From the IMG/VR virus record IMGVR_UViG_3300040801_002731, positions 6,972-70,971 of that record: a stretch of DNA of 64,000 nt; one strand, written 5' to 3'. Position numbers and translations under genes: made by a program. This document shows, in pieces, positions 18,544-28,800 of the stretch. The number at the start of each line of letters is the position of its first letter. Positions within the stretch are counted from its first letter, which is position 1. The notes under the pieces are model-generated. The model saw nothing but the letters and a program-made list of their open reading frames with translations. It was not told the origin of the DNA and searched no databases. This stretch comes from a virus.

Positions 18544-19084
18544 GTTCCCGCTCAAGATAGATGGCGGTGACCAGCCGGTCAGGCTTCATCAGGTGCGGAC
18601 CGTAGCCCTTGCGCAGAATCTCATAGAGCCGGTCTTCGGCGCCCTCCCGAGGCTGATCAACCTGGGTGTGGTTGCGATGCGCGTGCTTCGGCGCCACGTC
18701 CTGCCACGGCCCAACGATGCAGCTTTTTACCTTCGCCACGCCGATCTCTCGATCCTTGATGGAGTTCCAGAGCGTGACGAGAGCGCCCTCGCGCAGACGA
18801 TCGGCCCACGCCTTGCCGAGCCGGACGGTGTTGAAGTTGCCGTCGAGCCCAATCTCGTCGCGGAACGAGAGGTGGGGCCGATAGCCAGGGCACTCGCTGA
18901 TCACGGCGCCAACCTCGAACTCGGTGACGATGGAGGCCAGGCGCTGCTGCGTGATGCACATGGAATTGATGGCGCAGAAGTCGCACAGGTGAATGGCCTT
19001 GGCGCGATCCTTGTCAGTCATCAGCGTCCAGCGGCCGGTCTCGGTCATACGGATGCGGCGAAGATTGGTGTCGAAGGTGGGCAT
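18533..19084 (-). CDS. ASCH/PUA-like fold protein with N-terminal Cys cluster
   Basis: CDFC...C...C, then FNTVRLG...GALVTL...VAKV...TAIYL. Confidence 0.6.
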   Translation of the reverse strand: MPTFDTNLRRIRMTETGRWTLMTDKDRAKAIHLCDFCAINSMCITQQRLASIVTEFEVGAVISECPGYRPHLSFRDEIGLDGNFNTVRLGKAWADRLREGALVTLWNSIKDREIGVAKVKSCIVGPWQDVAPKHAHRNHTQVDQPREGAEDRLYEILRKGYGPHLMKPDRLVTAIYLEREHGA

Positions 19085-19155
19085 GATCGCCTCTTGTTCG
19101 TAAATGGGCCGTCACGCCCACCTTATGCCAATTCGTTTTTTAGCGAAACAGCGAA

Positions 19156-19458
19156 TTACGCGGTCACCACCACTTCGTCGTCATCTTCATCTGCGGTCGT
19201 GTTCTCCAGAACCTCCCGCAGACTGGCGGCGCCGTTCAGAACCCCCTTCACGCGGGCCGTCACGTCGTTGTCGCCGGCGTTGATGCCCTCGCAAAGATCG
19301 TCGATATCCTCATCGGAGGGCGGCCGATGCTCGCCGTCGTTGGTCAGGATGTCCTCGATGTCTGCCGGCACCCCGCTGACGCGCTGAAGGTTGCGCAGGG
19401 CGCCCAGGATCAGGTCGCGCTCACGCGGCGAGACGGCTAGAACGATTGTGTTGCTCAC
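19156..19458 (-). CDS. Acidic hypothetical protein
   Basis: GGAGGGG RBS before GTG 19458. Confidence 0.7.
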   Translation of the reverse strand: MSNTIVLAVSPRERDLILGALRNLQRVSGVPADIEDILTNDGEHRPPSDEDIDDLCEGINAGDNDVTARVKGVLNGAASLREVLENTTADEDDDEVVVTA

Positions 19459-19472
19459 AACCCCCTCCGCTC

Positions 19473-19805
19473 TCAGAACTGCCGTTCGCAACGGTTCTCC
19501 AGCTCGACGAATGCCGTGCGATCGCCAAACCAGAGCGCCTTCACATCCTCGATCGTGGCGCCGTATTCCTCGACGGCGAAATGATCGTCGAGAAGGTATT
19601 TCTCATGCAGTCGGCGTGCCCTATCGTTGTATTGATTGGCCGTCTCCTTGTCGCCCTTCTCCCAGAACACGCTGTCCTTGACCAACCAGACGCCGACGCA
19701 GCGCAGGGCGTCCTTTCGGTCCGCCATAGACGGTTCGCTCATTGCGAAAAAGGCCAGACCGCCCGCCACGAGCCCTGCTGCCACTCCAATCCAGATCTTC
19801 TTCAT
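19473..19805 (-). CDS. Secreted or membrane-anchored small protein
   Basis: GGAGG RBS; MKKIW followed by a hydrophobic signal-like segment. Confidence 0.7.
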   Translation of the reverse strand: MKKIWIGVAAGLVAGGLAFFAMSEPSMADRKDALRCVGVWLVKDSVFWEKGDKETANQYNDRARRLHEKYLLDDHFAVEEYGATIEDVKALWFGDRTAFVELENRCERQF

Positions 19806-19826
19806 GGAACCTCCGTTTTTTGTTGA

Positions 19827-20084
19827 TCAATCCACAGTCCAACCGTCGCGCAAGGCGGCGTCGATGTTGCTGTAGGTGATAGGGCCGCCGTAGACGTGAA
19901 TCACAACGGGCGCGTCTTCGCCGGCGACAGGTCGGGCGATTTCCCCACAGATGAACGGGCCGTCACCGCGACACTTGAGGGGCAGGTTGTCCGGGTTGGG
20001 CCAGGGGCTGCGCCCGAGCATCATGTCGCGCGTGCGCCGGTCCATCAGTTCGGTGTTGGCGGGATGAAGGCCGAGAGTGGTCAT
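19827..20084 (-). CDS. Hypothetical protein
   Basis: ATGA overlap at 20081-20084; ends GWTVD. Confidence 0.65.
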   Translation of the reverse strand: MTTLGLHPANTELMDRRTRDMMLGRSPWPNPDNLPLKCRGDGPFICGEIARPVAGEDAPVVIHVYGGPITYSNIDAALRDGWTVD

Positions 20085-20311
20085 GATGCGCTGCCCGTCT
20101 CGTTGTTCAATTCGGGGTGATCGGCGAAGCTGACCCACACCCATGCCCGGACATAAGCCCCACCGTCGTCACCGTCGGAAACGGACTCTTCAAGGTCCGT
20201 GTCCGTGACCGGCATGTCGACCTCAAGCTCGCCGTCCTTCTGGTGGGTATCCTGCGCGAGCTGGATGATCTTCCGCAGACGCTCGCGCTCGTCATCCTCC
20301 AGCGTCCTCAT
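20081..20311 (-). CDS. Acidic hypothetical protein
   Basis: ATGA overlaps on both sides; ends with GAYVRAWVWV. Confidence 0.7.
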   Translation of the reverse strand: MRTLEDDERERLRKIIQLAQDTHQKDGELEVDMPVTDTDLEESVSDGDDGGAYVRAWVWVSFADHPELNNETGSAS

Positions 20312-20832
20312 GCTGCGATCTCCGCTTCGGGCTCGGGCTCGACCACCGGCGGGATGTTGTTGAGCGCCTGCTCCAGCAAAGTCAGATTGTCGCGGACAAC
20401 GCGAATGCTCTCCTCAACGCTCGCCTTGTAGGCGTCAATGGCCTGCTGACGCAGAGCGTTGAGGTTCGTGTCGATGAAGGCCACGATCTGATCGTTGACC
20501 GGGCCGAAGGTCTCCGCGACCTTGCGCTGTGCCGCATCGGTCATGCCGGCGCCGCTGTCGGCACGCACGCCGTCCCAGTTGAACGCCGAATGCACGCCCA
20601 GGCGGGTCACACGGGCGCTCAACCGATACTCGACGCCGTTGATCGACACCGGATTACGGACGGTGACCGCGAACGTGTTGTAGCCGCGCAGGATGTTTGC
20701 CTCTCGCGTTGCCATCTCGGCCATGCGCGGCCCGGTGGTCTCGTAAGCCAGGGTGTGATTGACACCCAGGAAGGAGGCTCGGTCGATCTTGACCTCGATA
20801 TCGCCAACCTCAGTGGTCTGAAGCGTGTTCAT
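20308..20832 (-). CDS. Hypothetical protein
   Basis: GAGG RBS; first gene after operator copy 8. Confidence 0.75.
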   Translation of the reverse strand: MNTLQTTEVGDIEVKIDRASFLGVNHTLAYETTGPRMAEMATREANILRGYNTFAVTVRNPVSINGVEYRLSARVTRLGVHSAFNWDGVRADSGAGMTDAAQRKVAETFGPVNDQIVAFIDTNLNALRQQAIDAYKASVEESIRVVRDNLTLLEQALNNIPPVVEPEPEAEIAA

Positions 20833-20844
20833 TTCGTTACCTCG

Positions 20845-20862
20845 TCAATCAATTTTGACTGT
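20845..20862. promoter_or_regulatory. Operator copy 8
   Basis: TCAATCA-ATTT-TGACTGT adjoining the RBS; TCTATA box at 20869-20874. Confidence 0.78.
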
Positions 20863-20925
20863 TTGCGTTATAGACGAAACGACGCGGAGATGCGGGTGGG
20901 AGACGCAACACCCACCCGCTTCCCG

Positions 20926-21528
20926 TCAACCTGCGATTTCCAGGGCGGCGATCGCGTCCTCGATGTCGCCCAGATCGGACGCCAGAGCGTCGTCATCCGA
21001 AACAGGCGCCGGTGTCGAGGCGGCCTTGGTCGAAACGTCATTCATGTCGCTTTTGGCCGGCGGCTCAGCGTCTGTCGTCTTACGCAGCTCGGAAGCAGCG
21101 AGCACAGAGGCGGCCGGCACCGTCGTCTCGACCGCCTTGCGCAGACGCGCCGGCAGCTTCTCCAGGTCCGCAGGATCCACCTCCTGCCCAGCCCGCTTTG
21201 CCGCGATCAGTTTGTCCGCCAGGGCCTCGGCATTCTTGCCTCGCACCTGTCCTGTCGCCTTCGGCGCGGCCGCCGAACGCGGCCGAGCGCCGATGGAGAA
21301 GGTGGTCATGACCCCTACCTTCGGAGCGTGCAGGAAGGCGTTCACGCTGCCGCAGAACACCGACACGCACCGCTCCAGGTGCTCTTGGGTCCGAGACATC
21401 AGTTCGCCGTCGATATGCTCGGGATTGTCCTGAATGGCGGCCAACTGGTCCTGAAGCAGCTTGGCGATCCGATTCATGCGGTTTTCAAGACCGGCGTCGA
21501 ACTGCTCCTTCGTAATACGCTTGCCCAT
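20926..21528 (-). CDS. Hypothetical protein
   Basis: AGGAAG RBS after the recA stop. Confidence 0.7.
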   Translation of the reverse strand: MGKRITKEQFDAGLENRMNRIAKLLQDQLAAIQDNPEHIDGELMSRTQEHLERCVSVFCGSVNAFLHAPKVGVMTTFSIGARPRSAAAPKATGQVRGKNAEALADKLIAAKRAGQEVDPADLEKLPARLRKAVETTVPAASVLAASELRKTTDAEPPAKSDMNDVSTKAASTPAPVSDDDALASDLGDIEDAIAALEIAG

Positions 21529-21540
21529 GATCGCGCTTCC

Positions 21541-22590
21541 TTATGTTGCGGCTTCCCAGCCGCCTTCTTCACCTTCCGGGATTTCGACGCACGGCTCGAC
21601 GTGTGCCGGCAGCATGGCAATCAGCTCACCAAGACGACCTTCCTTCTCGATGATCTCGGCGACCTGGCTGCGGAACATGCTCTTGCCGTCCCACATGACC
21701 CGAGAACCTGACGTCTCGATCAGCTTGTTCGCCGCCATGAAGTCGATCAGCGAGCCGATGGTGTCGAACTTGCCGGTGCCGTCGGGCTGGAACACAAACT
21801 TCCAGGCGGCGGTCTGGAACGGCCGAGCAACCTTGTTCTTGACGACCTTGCAGCCGACCTCCTGGCCGATGATCTCGTCGCCCTTCTTGATCCGCTTGGC
21901 CCCAAGCTGAAGCCGAATTGAGGCGTAATACTTCGGCCCTTCGCCCCCTGGAGTTGTAGTCGGGTCGCCATAGACGACACCGGGCTTGGTGCGCTGCTGA
22001 TTGAGGAACAGCGCCATAATGCCCAGTTCTTCGGCGTGCGTTGCGAAGGCGGCAAAGACCGATGACGTGACACGGGCCAATGCCGTCGTGTCATTCATGT
22101 TGTATTCGTCCACGCCCTTATCCATCTTCGACTTCGGCACCATTGATGCCAGACTGTCGAAGATGAAGGCGATCGGCGCGTCCTGGTCGATCAGCTTCTT
22201 CTCGCGGACGTGTTGCCCCACCTTGACGGCGATGGCGATGGACTCCTCGAAGGTCCGCGGCGTCTTGAAGATGAACCGACCGGGCTTGACGTCCAGCCCC
22301 GCCATTGCGGCGAGACGCTGGTCGAAGGTGCGCTCGTGATCCATGAAGGCGGCGATGCCGCCGGCCTTCTGTGCAGACTTCATGACCTCCACAGAGATCG
22401 CAGTCTTGCCGCTGCTCGGAGGCCCAAACATCTCCACGATGCGCCCGACCGGCATTCCGCCGTCGTAGCGACCGGACAGGGCGTAATTGAGCGGCGGGTA
22501 GCCCGTGTCGAGCCAGTGAGTAACGGTGGTCTGTTCGTCGTTGCCACCGATCAGGGCTTCCATTTCTTTGGCGATGAGTGCCGCATCCAT
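21541..22590 (-). CDS. recA: RecA/UvsX recombinase
   Basis: GRIVEMFGPPSSGKT, DSLASM, PGVVYGDPTTTPGG, YASIRL, VVKNKVARPF. Confidence 0.96.
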   Translation of the reverse strand: MDAALIAKEMEALIGGNDEQTTVTHWLDTGYPPLNYALSGRYDGGMPVGRIVEMFGPPSSGKTAISVEVMKSAQKAGGIAAFMDHERTFDQRLAAMAGLDVKPGRFIFKTPRTFEESIAIAVKVGQHVREKKLIDQDAPIAFIFDSLASMVPKSKMDKGVDEYNMNDTTALARVTSSVFAAFATHAEELGIMALFLNQQRTKPGVVYGDPTTTPGGEGPKYYASIRLQLGAKRIKKGDEIIGQEVGCKVVKNKVARPFQTAAWKFVFQPDGTGKFDTIGSLIDFMAANKLIETSGSRVMWDGKSMFRSQVAEIIEKEGRLGELIAMLPAHVEPCVEIPEGEEGGWEAAT

Positions 22591-22594
22591 GTTT

Positions 22595-22960
22595 CTAATC
22601 CTCGTCGATGAAATCCACGCCGTCGGCGATGACGCGCGGACCTGTGCCAACAAGACGCCCCTCGGTTTCGGAGGCATGTCGCGTCGGCGCAGTGGGCGGG
22701 ATAAACGGCTTCACGATCGGCGCCGGACCATCCAGGGAGAACTCGTCGCGGGCGTGCAGCGTGCGGCGGGCCGTTGCCATCCGGTCCTGCATTGCGGTCA
22801 TTCGACCTTGCAGGAAGTGCAGCACCCGCGCTTCCTGAGCCTCGTCGAAAAGGTCCGGGCGTCGTTCAACAAGCCGTGTCAGCTTGTCGAGCGCGCCGGC
22901 CGTCGCGTTGACCTGTTGCGTCAACCGCCGATCGAAATCGCCTTTGGTCAGCGCTTTCAT
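22595..22960 (-). CDS. Hypothetical protein
   Basis: GGAG RBS; tight packing. Confidence 0.7.
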   Translation of the reverse strand: MKALTKGDFDRRLTQQVNATAGALDKLTRLVERRPDLFDEAQEARVLHFLQGRMTAMQDRMATARRTLHARDEFSLDGPAPIVKPFIPPTAPTRHASETEGRLVGTGPRVIADGVDFIDED

Positions 22961-22975
22961 GTCCGGCTCTCCTTG

Positions 22976-23164
22976 TTACAGCCAGGGATAGCCAAACCAG
23001 ATCGAAATGCCGTGCAGCCAACCGACCGGGAAGATCACGAACCCGGCGATCAGCAATGCAATGGCGCTGCCCGTCTTGTCCGCCGCGTCAATGCACCAGA
23101 CGACGTGATTGATCTGCGGCGCGAACACCGCGATCAGCGCCAAGATCGGAACGAAAATGTGCAT
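22976..23164 (-). CDS. Small two-TM membrane protein
   Basis: AGGAG RBS; LIAGFVIFPVGWLHGISIWFG. Confidence 0.7.
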   Translation of the reverse strand: MHIFVPILALIAVFAPQINHVVWCIDAADKTGSAIALLIAGFVIFPVGWLHGISIWFGYPWL

Positions 23165-23174
23165 CGGGTTCTCC

Positions 23175-24128
23175 TTAAGCTGCGGTTGCGGAGCGGTCCT
23201 CGAAGGGCTCCATGAAACCGTCGAGATCCTTCAAAATTGACTGAAAGGCGAACTCACCACAGAAGTCCGCAAACGCCTCTCGATCCGGCGCGCCCTTGAT
23301 CACACGCAGGTTGTGCGGCGGCGGTCGATGCGGGGTGCGCAGGTCAATGAGCATCTGATTGCGGGCAAAGATTTCACGGCCGGGCAGCCCTTCGTCCGCG
23401 AAGTCGCGAAATGCCTTCGGCAGCTTTTCGTCAGCCAACGAACCGTCCATCCAGGCGTTCAAGAACCCCTGCACAGACCCGAAGCGCCCCAGCAGCTCGC
23501 GCGCCTTCTTCTCGCCAATGCCGCCGACGCCAGAGCCTGGCCCCAGATCGCCCGGCTCGCCCATAAGGCATTTCAGCTCCACGAGCTGCCGAGGATTGGC
23601 GAGCCCGGTGAACTCGTTGAAGCTGCCCATGTTGACCCGATGATCGCGGATCGGATCGTGCCAGGAGACACCAGGCCCGACGAGCTGAAGCCAGTCCTTG
23701 TCGCCCGAGATCAGCACGACCTTCTTCTTCTGCGCCCGGTAGCGGTCGGTCATGATCGCCGCCAGGTCGTCAGCCTCCATGTTGGCCGCGATGACCTGCG
23801 TGACCCCCAGCAGGTTCAGACCGCGCATGAGGTGCTTCTTCTGCGCCTTGTAGCTGGCTCTGGCTTCAGCCTGGGCCTTCTCGTGCTTGGTCACCGCCTC
23901 CTTGTCGCGGTGCGCTTTGTATTGCGGGAAAACGTCCTTGCGCCAGCTTCGGCCGTCCCAGAGCACGACCGTAGTGAGTAGGGCGTGCGTCATGACGATC
24001 TGCCGAACGGTGCGAATGACGCCGTAGATTGCCTGTGTGTCCTGGCCGCCGGCCGACAGTCGTGCCGAGGTCTGCGCCGCAAACCCAAGACTGTTGCCAT
24101 CCGCCAGGGCATAACCGAGATTGGACAT
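23175..24128 (-). CDS. 5'-3' exonuclease / flap endonuclease (PolI 5' domain, T4 RNase H-like)
   Basis: DGNS, WDG..WRK...YKAHR, EADD, SGDKDW, GVGGIGEKKA (H3TH). Confidence 0.93.
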   Translation of the reverse strand: MSNLGYALADGNSLGFAAQTSARLSAGGQDTQAIYGVIRTVRQIVMTHALLTTVVLWDGRSWRKDVFPQYKAHRDKEAVTKHEKAQAEARASYKAQKKHLMRGLNLLGVTQVIAANMEADDLAAIMTDRYRAQKKKVVLISGDKDWLQLVGPGVSWHDPIRDHRVNMGSFNEFTGLANPRQLVELKCLMGEPGDLGPGSGVGGIGEKKARELLGRFGSVQGFLNAWMDGSLADEKLPKAFRDFADEGLPGREIFARNQMLIDLRTPHRPPPHNLRVIKGAPDREAFADFCGEFAFQSILKDLDGFMEPFEDRSATAA

Positions 24129-24201
24129 ACGATCTCTCCAATCAGAGACACGAAGGGCGGCGGCAGCCCTTCCAAGACGTCCGCCGCCCGGCTCGTGAGG
24201 C

Positions 24202-25092
24202 TCAGATGTTGTCGAGATCGCCGAGGATGTCCTCGATGTTCTCCGGGAGATCATCGGCAGGGGAGAGTGCCTTGCCGGTGGTCTTCGGTGCCGCCGCGGC
24301 CGGCTTGGTTGCGGGCGCAGTCTCGAAGGGCGGGGTGTCTTCGACCACCTCTGCATCGACAATGCTGCCGCCGCTCGGACCCGTCAGCATGGCCTTCGTG
24401 GCGTAGCCGACGGTCGGCGTGACGCCAGAAACCGTGGCAATAGCGTTCAGAGCCTTCGTGTCCTTGCCGGAGAAGAACTCCTTCTCGACGAACTCGGCGA
24501 GGTTAATCGCCTTGTCCATGACGCCGGCCGGAACCGGAGCCGACTTCGGCGCCGGCATGACGCCATACTTCGTATCGAGCCCCTTGCCGGTGCGCTCGAT
24601 GATGAAATCCATGCCGTTTTCGAGGTCCAGAATGTCGCCGACCTCATCGGCATATTCCTCGACCATCGAGCAGATGGCAGTGAAGGTGGTGGAGGTCAGC
24701 GACAGCACCACCGGATCTTCGCTCGCATCGGGGCCGGTGCGAATGATCGCGTTGACCAGAACTTCCTTGCGCGCGCTCCACTCCTTGTAGAGCTTCACTT
24801 GGTCGTCGTCCGAGGTGGCCTTGAGCGCCTTGTCGATCGCGGTGCAGATCGGGCACGGCCGATCGTAGGTGTGGTCCTGACAGCCAGCGACGGCCATCGG
24901 CTTGCCGTTCGGCTCAGGCTTGATCCAGTGCAGACCCAGATCCTGCCAAAAGATGCCGTCGGGGCCGAGGCCCGGCAAGATACGAACCTTGGTCTTGCCT
25001 TCCTTCACCTTCTTGATCGGCGTGATGCCGCCGCGGGAGTGCTTGGCCTTCGCTCCCTTCAGAGCAGCCATCAGTGCCGGATTCAGAGCCAT
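24202..25092 (-). CDS. gp32-like single-stranded DNA-binding protein
   Basis: KVRILP, HW, C...CPIC zinc motif, LENGMDFIIERTGKG..TKY, acidic tail. Confidence 0.8.
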   Translation of the reverse strand: MALNPALMAALKGAKAKHSRGGITPIKKVKEGKTKVRILPGLGPDGIFWQDLGLHWIKPEPNGKPMAVAGCQDHTYDRPCPICTAIDKALKATSDDDQVKLYKEWSARKEVLVNAIIRTGPDASEDPVVLSLTSTTFTAICSMVEEYADEVGDILDLENGMDFIIERTGKGLDTKYGVMPAPKSAPVPAGVMDKAINLAEFVEKEFFSGKDTKALNAIATVSGVTPTVGYATKAMLTGPSGGSIVDAEVVEDTPPFETAPATKPAAAAPKTTGKALSPADDLPENIEDILGDLDNI

Positions 25093-25258
25093 GATTTTCG
25101 TCCTTTCGTCTTTGGCGTCTCGGGCCGAAGCCCACCTGCCTTGCTGTTTTCCGCGTTCGCTAAAGCGCGACAAAGCGTTTCAGCGAACACAAGAACATTA
25201 TAGCGTTGTCGCTAAGGGGCTACATCGTTTTTTCGCGTCACAGCGAAACTTACCAGTG

Positions 25259-25816
25259 TCATGCGGCCCGTGCTGCGGCCAGCTTTTCGGCCACGCGGGC
25301 GCGCTGCTCCTTCTCCGCCTGGGCACGGGCCTCGCCCATCGCCACGCGGATCTCACCCTGCATTTCGGAGCGATGCTGGGCGCCAAGCTGAACCAGCATG
25401 TCGCGCCGATGGCGCATCCCTTCGACGGCCACGTTCGCCAGGCTCTCCTGGTGCTTGGCTTCGTTCAGAGCTTTGGTGAGCTGAATCATCTTCGGATGCC
25501 GGGTGATCGCCTTCTCGATCATCGCCTCGGTCAGCTTCTTGCCCTCCTCGGCCGCCTCGTCGCGCAACTCCTTGTCGATCTGCGCCTCGGCGACCTTGAC
25601 CAACTGCTTGATCCGGTCGACCTGAAGGGCGGCCTTCGACGCCTGCTGGCCGTAGTGAACCAGCAGCGCCGCCTGATCCATGAAGGCGCCGTTGAGATCG
25701 GACGCCCGGATCTGGCAGTCGGTCGCCATCTCCTTCGGATCCACGAACGCCCGCACCTCGATAGTCCGCTTCTTCTCACCGGCGACCGCTTCGGTGGTTT
25801 CGGGGGTGTCTGTCAT
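25259..25816 (-). CDS. UvsY-like recombination mediator
   Basis: Helical; KKLTEAMIE...HRRDMLVQLG; position between polymerase and SSB. Confidence 0.65.
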   Translation of the reverse strand: MTDTPETTEAVAGEKKRTIEVRAFVDPKEMATDCQIRASDLNGAFMDQAALLVHYGQQASKAALQVDRIKQLVKVAEAQIDKELRDEAAEEGKKLTEAMIEKAITRHPKMIQLTKALNEAKHQESLANVAVEGMRHRRDMLVQLGAQHRSEMQGEIRVAMGEARAQAEKEQRARVAEKLAAARAA

Positions 25817-25870
25817 TGCAACCTCGTTGTCGCGTTGTGCATGTCTGATATAGCGCTCTGCGCTTGGTGA

Positions 25871-25888
25871 TACATCAAAATTGATTGA
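25871..25888. promoter_or_regulatory. Operator copy 9
   Basis: TACATCA-AAAT-TGATTGA, 16 nt from GCTATA at 25849-25854. Confidence 0.75.
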
Positions 25889-28800
25889 TCATTCGAGCAT
25901 TTCCGAGACCTGGCTGAAGACCGCGTTAAGGATCTCCTGCTTCGAGGGATCAAACCACACCTGGCCGGGATTGAACCCGACCACCAGGTTGGTATCCGTC
26001 TCCCGGTCGTAGACGACCTTGCCGGCGTGGTCGACGACCGCGCCCTTCAGATCCTTGATGAAGTGCCGGGCGACGGTGTTGCCCAGCAGCAGGATCAAGG
26101 TCGGCTTGAGAACGGCGATCTCGCGCGCCAGATAGGGCCAAAAGGCGTTGATCTCCTCGGCCGTGATCTCGCGTCCGGCCTTCGGCGCCTTCAGCAGCCC
26201 GGTCCAATAAGCATCAGCCCGAGCAAGCCCGGCCTCTGCCAGAGCCTCGCTGACGGCCGAGAAGCTCTCCGACTGGCTGAACTGCCCGACACGCTCCTCG
26301 CCGTTGGTGGGTGCGTCCGTGATCACCATGAAGCGTGCGTTCTTGCCCAGGCACGGCTTGACCAGTCCGGTGCATTCCGCCTGATACTCGGTCACGATCT
26401 CGGCGAGCTTGTGCCGGGTAGCGCCATCCACCACCATCCAACGCTTGATCGGCACCACGGCGTTGACCAGGCCCGGCAGCAGCTCCTTCTGCCGCATGAT
26501 CCGGTCAGGGTGTCGCGCAGGCAGAGCGCCCGGCCTGATCGAGGCGAGTGCGCCCACCTCATCGAGCAAACCCCGGTGTCGGACGTTGCAGCGCCGACGC
26601 TCGACCCGCTTCTCCAGGTCTTCGGGCGACGTGAAGGGGCCGTCGCGGCGCGCCTCCAGGATCGCCGTCGTAGTGTTCTCGCTGATGCCCTTGATCCGGT
26701 TGAAGGGGATCAGAAGCGTGGTGTCGTTCAGGATCTCGAACTGGCCGGTGGAGTGATTGATGTCAGGCGGCAGAACCTCGATGTCCATGCGCTCGGCGTC
26801 GGCCAGCAGGCCCGGCAACTTCTCCTCCTTCATGAGCGAGAGACACGCGGCGACGTATTCGATGGGGTAGTAGACCTTGAGCCACATCGCCTGATAGGAG
26901 ATCAGGGTGTATTCGACGGAGTGAGACCTGTTGAAGCCGTAGCCGGCGAAGGCCGCGATCTTGTCGAACAATGCCTCCGCGTGCGCAGCGTCCAGGGTCT
27001 CCGCTTTCACACACCCCTCGACAAACTTGTCTTTATACTCCGCCATCAACTTTGGGTCCTTCTTCCCCATAGCCTTGCGGAGTTTGTCTGCCTCGGCCAT
27101 CGAGAAGCCGGCCAAATCACGCGAAATCTGCATGACCTGCTCCTGATAGACCATAACCCCGTAGGTCGTATCCAGGCTGTCACGCATCTTCGGGTGCTCG
27201 TAGAATACCTCCTCTGTGCCGGCCTTGCGGTTGACGTAGCTGTCCATCATGCCGGAGTCCATCGGACCCGGACGATAGAGCGCGGTCGCGGCCACGCAAT
27301 CCTCGAACGTGATGCCTTCCGCGCCCAGGCTCTTGAGCAGCTTGCGCATCCCGCCGCTCTCGAACTGGAAGATGCCGACTGTCCGACCCTCCGCGAACGC
27401 CTGAAGCACCCGTTCATCGTCGAGCGGGATCGCCATCAGATTGACGCGCTTGCCGTGCCGGCGCCGGATGTAGTCCAGGGCGAGGTCGATGACGTCGAGG
27501 GTTTCGAGGCCCAGAATATCCATCTTGACCAGACCCTGGTCTTCGACGATCCGCTTGTCCCAGTTGACTGTCGCCTCGCCTGACCGACGCTCAATCACAG
27601 CCCGCTCGACCAGATCGCAGCCGCCCACGACCACGCCGGCGGCGTGCCGCCCGAGCGACCGCATCACGCCCTCAAGGCTGGTTGCGATATCCCAGATCGG
27701 CCGGTTGGCGTCCCGGAAACGGGCTATCTCTGCGACGGCTTCGGCCGCCTGCTCCAGCCCGACCGGCTGCCCGTGCTCCTTCGGCACCAGCTTCGAGCAG
27801 GCATATTCACGCTCGGGCAGACCGCAGATGCGACCCACGTCACGCAGCGCGGACGCGCCCTTGAACTGACCGTAGTTGCTGATGCCGGCGACCCGCGCCG
27901 ATCCATACTTCTCGACCAGATACTCGATCACTTCGCCGCGACGGGCGCTCATGAAATCCAGGTCGGCGTCAGGCAGGTCGTTACGCTCCGGGTTGATGAA
28001 GCGCTCGAACAGCAGGTTGAAGCGGATCGGGTCGCAATCGGTGATGCCCATCAGGTAAGCGATCAGCGAGCCGCCTACGGAGCCACGACCAGGCCCTACG
28101 CGAATGCCCTGACTCTTGGCCCAGCGGACCAGATCCTGCACGACCAGGAAGTAGCCGCAGAAGCCGAGATCACGCAGCACCCGGAACTCATAGGCCAGAC
28201 GGGGCTTGTAGACGCTCTCCAGGGCCGCCGCGTCGGGCCGGTGCCCAAACACCTGACGACCGAAGCGCTCGCTCCAGCCCGTCTTGCACGCAGCGAGAAC
28301 AGCCGCCGGCTCGTCCTCGACCAGCTTGGGCAGACTGACCGGCGCCTTGGCCCAACGATAGATCGCCCGCTCGACCAGCTTGCCGGTGTTCTCCAACGCC
28401 TCCCGCCAAATGCCGCCTGTCTCGAACTCCCGCTGCTCCCGCAGTCTGAGCGCCGTCGCCTTGCACTCCGTCGCCAGCTCGGCCGGTGTGAGGGCGTGCA
28501 GGCCACGTTCGACGTTGCTCCAATGCCAGATTTCCGAGATCGGCGTGTTGCGCAGAATGCCCTGATGGATCTCCTGCACGTCGGCACCGTCCTTCGCGTA
28601 GCAGATCGGTCGCCCGACGATCATCGGCAGGGACAATTCGCGCGCGAGTGTGATGGCGCGCATGTTGAGGGCGTCGTAATAGGGCGTGTTGATCGGCGTG
28701 AGCTGAAGGAACACGTTTTCAGCGCTCAGAGCATCGCTGGTGTCGCGCAGTATCTCAGCAGCGCTTGCGTGCCCCACGACGCTGTAGACGTCGCTTGTGA

